A stretch of 60,373 nt of DNA, counting the filler, from Squatina squatina (taxonomy: Eukaryota), in the NCBI GenBank assembly GCA_031763465.1. It is 3 parts of 3 records of this genome, joined end to end, with 100 filler letters (N's around TTAATTAATTAA, not from the genome) between each part and the next. Parts side by side here need not be neighbours in the genome. Positions count along the whole stretch, not along the records: positions 41,042 to 60,373 come from JARFOE010000004.1; 2 more parts are not named here. One strand, 5' to 3'. The position numbers were made by a program, and so were the translations under genes. Positions 49,397 through 60,373 of the stretch are shown here, one piece after another. The notes beneath the pieces were generated by a model. The model was not told the DNA's origin and searched no databases. It saw only the letters and a program-made list of their open reading frames with translations. Numbering within the stretch: position 1 is the stretch's first letter; each line of letters opens with the position of its first letter.

Positions 49397-52344
49397 CTCG
49401 GATCGTTAAGATTGCAGAATTTTATTTTTTTCTGCTGTATTGATTTTTGTTATGAATATTATTATATAAGATGTGCTATAATTGAAACACAATGAGTAAA
49501 GCAATAGGTATAGGTAAGAATTTTGATTATCTTTGTTTAGTAGCTTCCCACTTGAGGGACTGAAATCCTGTCAACCACCCTCATGAGCACTGATGTTCTT
49601 GGATAACCTTTCCAGGATGGCGGTGGCATTTGTTTGCTGGTATTATATACAAAAATGGAGCTGGCAAATTGGAAATGATAATTAGAGGGCTAAAGTGTAT
49701 GGTATTCTAAATGTGTTCCTAAAGCTCACATCCAGATTCCCTGCATAATAAAAATAACCTACATACAGTTACTACATCTAACAATAGGGCTACAACTGTA
49801 AGGATTACAGTATTTTCTCATGGATTTCCAACATTTTCTGAAAGGATGAAAAGGGATAATTTCAAATTAACCTCCTAAGGAATGCAATACAATTTCCATC
49901 CTCTTGCTGGAACTTAGAAATATCAAAAATGAAAAAAGGTACATCAGGTATTTTGTTTCCAAGGCATGGCNNNNNNNNNNNNNNNNNNNNNNNNNNNNNN
50001 NNNNNNNNNNNNNNNNNNNNNNNNNNNNNNNNNNNNNNNNNNNNNNNNNNNNNNNNNNNNNNNNNNNNNNNNNNNNNNNNNNNNNNNNNNNNNNNNNNNN
50101 NNNNNNNNNNNNNNNNNNNNNNNNNNNNNNNNNNNNNNNNNNNNNNNNNNNNNNNNNNNNNNNNNNNNNNNNNNNNNNNNNNNNNNNNNNNNNNNNNNNN
50201 NNNNNNNNNNNNNNNNNNNNNNNNNNNNNNNNNNNNNNNNNNNNNNNNNNNNNNNNNNNNNNNNNNNNNNNNNNNNNNNNNNNNNNNNNNNNNNNNNNNN
50301 NNNNNNNNNNNNNNNNNNNNNNNNNNNNNNNNNNNNNNNNNNNNNNNNNNNNNNNNNNNNNNNNNNNNNNNNNNNNNNNNNNNNNNNNNNNNNNNNNNNN
50401 NNNNNNNNNNNNNNNNNNNNNNNNNNNNNNNNNNNNNNNNNNNNNNNNNNNNNNNNNNNNNNNNNNNNNNNNNNNNNNNNNNNNNNNNNNNNNNNNNNNN
50501 NNNNNNNNNNNNNNNNNNNNNNNNNNNNNNNNNNNNNNNNNNNNNNNNNNNNNNNNNNNNNNNNNNNNNNNNNNNNNNNNNNNNNNNNNNNNNNNNNNNN
50601 NNNNNNNNNNNNNNNNNNNNNNNNNNNNNNNNNNNNNNNNNNATATGGGGAGAAAGCAGGAACAGGGTACTGAATTTGGATGATCAGCCATGATCATATT
50701 GAATGGCGGAGCAGGCTTGCTCCTATGGCCTCCTCCTGCTCCTATTTTCTATTTTTCTATGAAAAATAATTATTTCACAAATTAGAAACTGTCCCAACTT
50801 TCATGAAGCAGTTTATTGATTACAAAAGGTAGACAATTAAAACTGGATGCCCATATTTGATTATTCAAAGATGTGTCAATATTGCAAAGTTTTATATGCT
50901 CTAAATAATTTTAACTATCTTCTTTATATTATCCAGACCTAACAATAAATTAAGAGGTTTTGGATATTATAATTTGAACTTTAAATTGCTTCACAGTGAT
51001 CATACATTAACCAAATGAATCCGATACTGTTTTATTGATGTTAAGTAATTTTACTAACCGCTCCAGAATTATCAAGGGCTTTCCACATCTGCTGTCTGGA
51101 ATTAGCTTTTCATGTAAAGCGATGCAATGATTAGTAATTGCTGTTAGGGCAAAACTTACTGCATGACATGCATATTTTTTGATGTGTTTTGCTATGATCC
51201 TTCATGAACTTATTATTTGTAAGGGATTTGTTTTTTGAAAAAACGTATACCTTTTTGGTAAAATATTACTGGAATTGCTTTTAGAATGAACAAATGCGGT
51301 AAACACGGCCGTATATTTTTGTAAGTCATGTCTGCATTTGGTGCTTGAAATTATGTTTCAATCTAAAGCAAATCCCCCACCCCCAAATACGCGGTGGCAG
51401 CTTTATTGTATTCTATATACATAAAGCATGTTGTGAACCACACTATATGTTCAAATCTGATTATAACTGGTGCAATGGATTTGCTTTAGTTGTTAATGTA
51501 CAGCATGGTAGGTTCATTGTCTCCATTCATCGCAATGGTTTGACGCTGTAGTAATATAGAATACTGCAATCTACCAATCGCTGCGTGTTTCCCGGTCTCG
51601 ACTCGTCTGCTGCATTGTATGTTGATGCGATAAGTGATGCAGCTTCATCGCTTGTATCATTTGCCGTATTTTTTTATTTGTGATGCAATAAAGCAGTCGG
51701 TCTGAGATTATCATGGCCCTGTCAAAATTCGATGCATAATGAAAGTATTTGATGGTTTTATATAAAACATTTTTTTTCTTGCAATATCACCCCATTTAAT
51801 ATATTAAAACAATCCACCTTTGTTGGTAGAGGCAATTTTTTTTACCTGTGATTTTTTTTCTTCTTTACAAGTAACGGAATTCCACCTCCCCCTCCCGCAT
51901 GCAGCGGGTATGGAACACACCGCAATCTTGATTCTTGCGAATATTTCACCGTAACATTGACCCAATGACCATTTTAAATTTAAAAACACTAGTCCAGTTA
52001 CCTTTTATCGGCAACAATACTATTTTAACGCGACAGTATGCACACAAAAAAGCGATAATGCCCAGATCCCGAAGGCCCCGCGGGGCGAATACAAAAAAGC
52101 AGAGCGGTCAGATCTATTTAATTTCTTAATTTAACAGACATCGCTGCAGATACTTTTTTTCCCTTTCCGTTTCTATAGTCTGCAGCACTATCCGTGGTTT
52201 TTTTTGTAGTAATGCGATGCAAATTTAAGAAAGCCAAGACTTCCAGATTCTCAAGGTCTTGTCCACATCTGGTGCAGGAGGGCTTTCTTGCATTGTGTCC
52301 TTTTGTGTTCTTGTCCCAGCTGTGTCCATTGGCCCTGCCATTGC

Positions 52345-52610
52345 CTCCCTGACTGATCGCTGACAGCTGATTAATTGGCAGGAACAAGCGGCTGCGAGCA
52401 GCTCCCTGAAACCCGCGCCGACTCGCTGGCGCCAGCTCCATGACGTCACCCATTCACAGCGGCCCTCGAGCCAGTCAGCGCGGCGCCGCTCAGGCGGCTG
52501 CCATGGCAACGGGCGCTGTCAATCAGCGCGCCGCACAAGGGCAGCGGCTGCTCGGCTATTACTCACCGCCCATTACCAGCTGAGAAATTGTCATTGAATT
52601 CGCCACCTCG
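52345..52610. promoter_or_regulatory. ID2: ID2 upstream BMP/serum-responsive enhancer (CpG-rich)
   Basis: GGCGCC (52428-52433, 52482-52487), CRE TGACGTCA (52441-52448), RFX X-box GCTGCCATGGCAAC (52497-52510) and PBX/MEIS (52516-52525), about 3 kb upstream of the ATG. Confidence 0.85.
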
Positions 52611-55419
52611 GCCCGGACCGGCCTTCAGGGTCCGCACACCTGCACTATTTGCATTTCTAGCCTGTATAGTTTGCTATTTTTAGTAAATGCCACTTACGGA
52701 AATATATATTCTATGTTACAGCTTTTATCTACTTTTAGGAGTATTATTTTATGAATAGTATTTGTAGTTAGAAATGGAATTTAAGTTCTCCTCGATAAGA
52801 CTGATATGAAATAATATTTGTTTTTTTTTGTTTAATTTAACAGATTTAGAGTTATTCAAAATGTAATCAATTTAGTTTCAACTCATCCTCTTGCAAAATC
52901 CATTGGCTGTTTACTGCTCTTTATTCTGGGCATTGAAACCCTGGTAAGTGGTCTGAACTATTTTCTGATCATTGGTATTCCTGTCTAAGTTATAAAAGAA
53001 ACTCTTTGCTCTAACAAACGCAAGCGTCCTAAATCTTTGGGCAATCCCAACTCTGGCAGAATTATGAGTTCACAGCACAATATTACTGCCAATTTGGCAT
53101 GGAATTTCACAGAAAACGGTGGTGTGGGGAAAAAGTACCGTAATTTTCCAAATATAATATGCTATTTTTTTGCTAACAATTGATCTAGAAGTTAGGGTGC
53201 GTATTATGTGGTAACAAATCTAAATAGGTTTTTTTTGTAGCTGGTCTCGAACATGATTTCTGGATGCGTTGTGAACGATAATGCATACTTACTAGAAATG
53301 TTGCGTTTTGATGGTATTTCTTTTTAGTTCTTCTTGTTTCTGTGTCATGCCTTTGCATGAAGAGGTAGCAACATTTTGGAGATGCTTTAAAGGTGCTATT
53401 GGGATCCAAACCTTTCGTGATATAAATGGCTTTCAAACGAATTTCTACAGTGCTGGCGCTGCGCGTCCCCTTGCCCAATGTTGGTGAATATATTCTAGAA
53501 GTTGTTGCTCGAGCTATAGGTGCTGAGCTGAGCCTTCNNNNNNNNNNNNNNNNNNNNNNNNNNNNNNNNNNNNNNNNNNNNNNNNNNNNNNNNNNNNNNN
53601 NNNNNNNNNNNNNNNNNNNNNNNNNNNNNNNNNNNNNCATATTGAATGGTGGAGCAGGCTCGAAGGGCCGAATGGCCTACTCCTGCTCCTATTTTCTATG
53701 TTTCTATGTTTCTAACGTCCACATGTTGATGGGAAAGCACATTTTAACCACACTTGCGTTCCTGTTTACACAGAGTCACAAATGTGTTGCTGATGTATTG
53801 GGGGACTTCCGTCATTTCAGCATCTTTTATAATCCGGCTCAGTCATAACAATCAGAAATCCTGAAAACAAGTGTTGTGGCCATATCTCTGATTTCCTGTT
53901 CAGTGAATGGAAACCTGTGAGAAATGGAATATTTGTTGAACAGGAGCTAACAACATCTAGGTACCTACCTAATTCTCACATCCTTTCAAAATGCAGTACC
54001 AAAGCATCCCAAATGAATCTTAGATCATCTCATACCATTACTGTTCTTTAAGCCTATTTGGGCAGGTTTTAGGAAGGCACTAAATCAGGAGTACAATTCC
54101 CTGGTAGGTTAGGATGATTTCCCCTTTCTGCACATTAGTTTTAAGCATTTTTATTACAGCTTTATTATATTAAAAATAAGATAAAAGTTGTCATTAGTGA
54201 CATTTTACCTTTTGTAAAGTTTCAGAAATTAGCCCAATCGTGTTCACAATACAATTTTTTATACAAAAGCAAACAAAGCCAAGCAAAAGGCACCCTTGGG
54301 AGTTGAAATGTAAAGAACACTGATCGCAATCATATATATATTTTTTTTAATCAAAAATAAGTAAAGCAAGGTGCAGATGTGTACATCAGCAGAAGTACTC
54401 ACTCATAATCTACTGGCCAGAAGTTGATCAGAGTAACAGGACTGCAAGACAAAAATATGGATATGAAGAAGCAGCTGGAACTCAGGAGAAATGCATCAAG
54501 CACAAAATGAGGAGGAAAAAACCCAGCAAAAAACAGCAATGTGAATGAACATGGAAGCAATATAATTTAGAGAAAAAAACATTCAATCGGTTATACAATG
54601 TTCAAAATCTTAACAAACATTTAATATTTTTTCACCCCTTAAAACGTTGTGATTATATCCTTTTCTAAACTTCTTAGATCAAAACTATCAGCAGATAGCT
54701 GCCAAACTCTAACGTGCACCGATCTATAACGGACTTTACTGACACAAAAGCTCTCCCTGTACTTTATTCCGCTCACAAGGAAAAAAGAAAATTAGTTGGC
54801 GAGATAAGGTTCTGCAAACAATCTTGGCCGGCCGCAGAGTTGGTGGGAGCTCTCTGGGCTGGCGTCAGGAAGTCTGGCCCGCCTTTCTTTTACTGTTGTC
54901 CTGGCTTTGTCCAGCTGCACAGACAATCAGGCATCAGAAAGAGCCGTGAAGAATGCTGCAGGCAACCTCCTCAAAAGTGCTTTTTACACAGTTTCTCACA
55001 TAAAGCGCCCTATGTGAGAGACCGAAAATCGCATCACAAGCTCCCCACTATGATCAAGCCCACCAACTCCTACACTTGCCACACCCAGCCACTGCATTGG
55101 TGGCANNNNNNNNNNNNNNNNNNNNNNNNNNNNNNNNNNNNNNNNNNNNNNNNNNNNNNNNNNNNNNNNNNNNNNNNNNNNNNNNNNNNNNNNNNNNNNN
55201 NNNNNGAGAAGGCTGCTAGCTTGAATTAATGGGGGTGGGGGTGGGGAGGGGGGAGATGAAGAGATTGCCAATATGAATGGGGGGGTGGGGGGACATGCCA
55301 GTGCCCACAATTCCACAACAGCCCATCATTGCTCCACAGTAACAGAGGGAAAATCCTTACAATTTTTGCCACAATTTTCTACAAGCTGGAGTGATTTGGC
55401 AAAGCTGTGCCCATTGTAC

Positions 55420-55665
55420 TTTCAACGACAACTTGCATTTACATAGCACCTTTAACATAGAAAAACATCCCAAAGTGCTTCACAGAGCTGTGAAGGAAAA
55501 CAGACGCTGAGTCAAAGAAGGAGAGATTCATATGGATAACCAGAAGCTTGGTGAAAGAGGTGGGTTTTCAGCATAGTTTTGAAGAAGGAGATGATGGTGG
55601 AGAGGTTTAAGGATGGAATTCCAGAGGGTAGGACCTAGACAGCTGAAGGCATGGCAACCAAACAG
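55420..55665 (-). mobile_element. L2-like LINE/SINE 3' end
   Basis: 'aacttgcatttacatagcacctttaacatagaaaaacatcccaaagtgcttcacag...ggaattccagag...cagctgaaggcatggc'. Confidence 0.65.
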
Positions 55666-57344
55666 GGAAAGTATGCTTAAGAGACTGTAGTAAGTTTAAC
55701 TAAATACTGCAGGCCTATAATTGAGGGTTGCTTGGACTTGGTAGCCTTTTTTTTGAAGCTTTTAACCAACTTTTACTAGCTTTCCAAGTTGGCAACTATG
55801 GAGATTGAGAAGGGGAGTTTGTGCTAATGCAACTTCAAAGTGCATAGTCCCCAGGACTTGTATTGAATGTGTTAAGATTGAAGTCTGTACCAAATGTTTC
55901 ATGTAAATAGGCAGGGGTTGGGGTTGCGCTAAACCTGATTTTAATGGAACCCAATGTACATTTTCTGCATTTCCTTGAGCAACTCACATAGCTGGAGCTA
56001 ATCAGTGTGATTTCAGATGACCTCTGGAGCAATTTGAAAAACAGGGAGAGAATTAAACCCAATCAGATGGCTGGAAGTGGTCAAAGCCCCAACAGCTTAA
56101 ATGGTGATGGTGCCAGCTCCTTGTCATTAGCTCAAAGCTGGAGAATGTTTGAAGCTGCAGCTCCCTAAAATGGACATCAATCGTTTCAAAATGCTGTACT
56201 GTATGTATGTTAATGAACATTTCAGTGTTCTATCTGAAGTGTTTCCTCATCATCATTTTAAGTTATAATAAAATTAGTTTTCATAAAATATCCTTCCTGT
56301 AATAGAACCAGCAGTTTATTTGAATTTATAAGTAAAATATTTGCAATTAGATGGAAGTGTCAGCTATCACCTGGGTTAAAGTTTACAAATTAGTTCTAAA
56401 TACAATCTTTAAAAAAATGTAATTATCAGTTTGGACAATAATTTGCTGACTGAAATTTTGGCAACTTTCAGTGATCATCCAAAGCAATATTTTGATATTA
56501 TTGATATTAAGCTTGAGGCATGCTTGAGCTGGTCAGTCAGATGACAGGGTATTTATTTGTGCTAATAATAATTCTCATTTGGCTTATTTATGGTTGTTAT
56601 TTAAATAGACCTCTCTGCGAACTGAAGATGGGATTCTGCAAATGTAGAGATAAGGGGACTTTTTAAATACTAGAAGAATGAATTGGAAGAGACTACAGTG
56701 AAAAAAAGAGTTTTAAATATGGTTTTAGAAATGAGTTACATATGTTTCCAAATGTAAAGCACAGGGGAAAATAACGACTGACCAAATTAACTCATGCATA
56801 ATAAAGACAGCTAGATTTAAACCTTACAGTCTGTCACAAAGCTGAACATATGAATAAGAAAAACATCTTGTCATTTTTGAACCTTATAATTCTCTCCTCT
56901 GCCCACCTCCCCCCTCACTCCTGCACATTTAGCCTTCCTTATCTGTTAAGCTGGAGGAGCGGTTCAACTTTTAAGTATCTCCTAGGTTGTTCTTGGTTAA
57001 CTTGCCAGAAGGTCATTTGAACGATGTGGGAAAGGATCCTTTCCTTGACTATTTTTCCCAACCTCCCCCTGACATATCAGAATGTGAGAAACAGATAGGG
57101 TCCCTGGGGAACTCAAGTANNNNNNNNNNNNNNNNNNNNNNNNNNNNNNNNNNNNNNNNNNNNNNNNNNNNNNNNNNNNNNNNNNNNNNNNNNNNNNNNN
57201 NNNNNNNNNNNNNNNNNNNTTAGAGTTTAAAATATTTGATACTTTATGCAACATAGGATTATTAAATTAGCCAGATTTGCTGTAGCAATTGCAGAATCAT
57301 GTTTTGTTACAAAATGCATTGCTCTCTTAATAAATGTGAGATCA

Positions 57345-58258
57345 CGAGATAATTATGGATCAGGAAATCCATCAAGCTCATCTGAATTCAACCATCCAAA
57401 AAGATTCTAAAATCCCCCACATTGTAAGATGTTTCACCTCCACTACTCTACCTGGAAGCCCGTTTGAAGTGTTGGTTCTTTGTAGGAAGAAGAATTTCCT
57501 AATATTAATCCTAAGGTTACTTTTTACTAATTTGAGCTTGTGCCCCATTGTTCTACTCCCACAATTTAATTTAAAGTAATATTCTGAATTTGCCTTTTCT
57601 ATTCTATTAGCTATCTTTTTTGCCTCCTTTCCAGTGTTTTCCAGTGTTTCCTTAAAACTCAGACTTCTGATAGTCTTGTGTCTCTTCTCTGTACTACCTC
57701 CAGCTCTTAAATGTCTCTCTTGCTTCTTGGTGATCAGAATTGGACGCAATATTTGAGGTACAATCTGACCAGAGCACTCTAAATTTTGATTATTACTGTC
57801 TCTGACTTATATCCTGCTGCTTTACTTTTGTAATTCAACATTCTATTGACTTTGTTGATTTCTGCTCTGCATTGGTTGGACATGTTTAGTGTAGAGTCTA
57901 CTAACATTCTTAGATCCCTCTCCACTTTAAAATGATTGAAGCAGTTGATATGATAGATGGAGAGAAACTATTTCCTCTGTTGGGGGAGTCCAGGACAAGG
58001 GGGCATAACCTTAACATTTGAGCTAGGCGATTCAGGGGTGATGTCAGGAAGCACTTTTCACACAAAGGGTAGTGGAAATCAGGAACTCTTTCCCTCAAAA
58101 AGCTGTAGAGGCTGGGGGCCAATTGATAATTTCAAAACTGAGATTGATAGATTTTTGTTCAGGATTATGGAACCAAAGGGGGTAGATGGAGTTAAGATAC
58201 AGATCTAATTTCAGAACAGACTCGAGGGGGTGAATGGCCTACTCCTGTTCTTATGTTA
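57345..58258. mobile_element. Two back-to-back degenerate CR1 3' fragments (57345-57905 minus, 57925-58258 plus)
   Basis: SRTMGHKLKLVKSNLRINIRKFFF on minus. 'tccaggacaagggggcataacc...gaatggcctactcctgttcttatg' on plus. Confidence 0.8.
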
Positions 58259-60373
58259 TCTTTAGCTATTTCAATGCCATATGTAAGTCCTTTTGCAGCA
58301 CTAAGCGCAGTGTCAATCTAGCATTTCTTTTATCCTCGGTAAATGCTCTCTCACCTTGCTTCAGCTGCAGTCTCTGCCACCCTCTTTCAATCATGACAGC
58401 AGCTGACTATTGCCTGAACAAGTGCCTGTGTGATGTTTTCAGTGTGTAACTTACTTATCCACAATGGTAATGTGTGACTGGGACACTGACCGCCCCACAG
58501 TTTTAGGGGCTCTGCACATTGGTGGAGTGAAGTGGGGGAAAGACTCTCTGAAGCAATACCACAATAACTAGAAGCCGGTAAACCCTGCTTCAATCTTTAA
58601 TTGCATCAGACACACTTGTTGTTTACACTTAACATCACATTCTACAAGACACTGTTTGGAACTTCATTATTATTAACACTTTGTCAAACTGGCACATTTA
58701 AATAATGCATTTCTTTGCCTTTCATTTAGTACACTGACAAATCCATTCACTCCCTAAGTAAACCCAGAACAGCACATTTGGGGGAAAAGGCCATTTTCTC
58801 CACAGTACACAAAATTGTTACTTTCTTGTCCGAGTTTTGCCTACATAGTGTTACATTTACAAATCAGGATAGAAAAAGAGTTCCAGAGGTAGTTGCCTGG
58901 GTTGTCTGACTACTGGCTATGGCTTTTGTTACATGAGAAAACGTGTGGTACTATTCAAATGATTGGTCGTAGGCCATTGTTGAGATGTATGTATTTTCAG
59001 AATATAATAGTATATCTAATTATATATTAATAAGCTTCCATTAGTATGATCTGTTGTAGTTTATTTCTTTATATTTTAATTTACTTTGCATCACCCTGCT
59101 CACAGATGTGTTTAAACAAGTTATATTGATGAATATTTTGTATATTTGCATTCTTGTATTCTGCTGCATTTATACAAGTACCAAGATTCTCCTGCAAGCC
59201 TCTTCCACATTATCCCCCCCTTGAGCTGGAAAAGCTACAACAGATGTCAGGAGGGAGGACAAAACAGATCTTACCCACTGAGAGGAACTTTTCTTGCCAG
59301 AACTAATGTGCTGCTCCTTGAAATGCTAATCAACACTATTTTACTGCTCAGTTTGCATAGCAATGGTGGGAAGCAGCTGTGATCCCAGCAATCCTTTTGT
59401 TATTGACCAAAAACACTATACCTGACAAAAAACCCTGGATGTCAAGACATTTTGCAATTCCTTCTGCCTTGCAGAATAGCTAACCAAATTTTCCATACAA
59501 CCCGAATGGAGACGTTGTACAGACCACTGGGACAGACCTTGTTGTTTACTTTAGAATAAATATATTGCTGTATGTTGCGATATTACCACAAGTTTACGGC
59601 CGACTGCGCCATGTAAACTGGTGGTAAAATAGCACAGTAATTGATTCTGCTCTGAATTGTCCCCGTGCTCTTAAACATCACTTTAACAGCGAATGTCAAA
59701 TTGACAAGAACAATTTAAGTCAATTATTAAGGAACAAATCTGACTTAAATGAGTCAGACTAGTATTGACCTGCCTTTTACAGAACTAAAATTGTGCTAAT
59801 ATTATGCTACCAATTTTGATTTTGGGTTGGCATTGACATGAAAGTTGCAGTATAACTCTGAGTCAGTTCGGTAATCTGATTCCTGAGTACTAAAGCAAGA
59901 TTTGCGAGATAAGTATTTCTCCATCTCCCCCTCCCCATCTGCCCATTAATTGGGAGGTGCACATTTGAAACCCAGCCAACTTGAACGTGGCTTAAACTGA
60001 GGTGAATTTTCGGGATGAGTTCATTTGCATGGGTTGGACCTGTGCTAGGTGGGAAAACTGCCTGTGGAAGTGCACCTGAGAGGGCAGTCTGTTTAACGGT
60101 TCATCTGAAAGACGGCACCTTTGACAATGCAGCACTCCCTCAGTATTGCAGCGCGACAGCCTCCAGTCCTGTTGCAGAACCCTGCTGCACCCTGCTAGGA
60201 AAGATTAAAACTTACCTGAGGTGCTAGGAAGTTGCTGGCAGCCTCTTTACAGTCTGAAGGGGCTAGCTATCAACCTCTAATGCCCAGTTTCCTTTCCTTT
60301 TGCCCTGCCAGACACTAGTGAGGTGGCCTGAAAATAGATGTGGGCTGTTATACCACAATCACCGAGAAGCATA

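Overview
Vertebrate genomic DNA, most likely a cartilaginous fish (inferred from the CR1, Deu-SINE and Harbinger repeat spectrum). The assembly is very fragmented, with about 1-2 kb contigs separated mostly by 100-N placeholder gaps. Two artificial N-TTAATTAATTAA-N linkers (26376-26387, 40986-40997) join three unlinked scaffolds. Scaffold 1 (1-26331, minus strand) holds the syntenic block SESTD1 -> CCDC141 -> 5' end of titin (TTN promoter, non-coding exon 1, Z1 exon). Scaffold 2 (26432-40941, plus strand) holds COL11A1 (alternative exons 6A and 6B, terminal exon) followed by OLFM3 exons, with a 2.4 kb octamer satellite between them. Scaffold 3 (41042-60373) holds the KIDINS220 terminal exon, interrupted by a 2.5 kb 34-bp minisatellite, convergent with a complete ID2-type gene and its upstream CRE/BMP/RFX enhancer. 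The main leads are latent splice donors in the terminal exons of SESTD1 and CCDC141 that could connect SESTD1-CCDC141-TTN into one transcript, the minisatellite inside the KIDINS220 coding exon, and the titin promoter and 5'UTR architecture. Gene identities come from recalled human protein sequences and exact splice sites, not from database searches. Many exons are missing because of the gaps.
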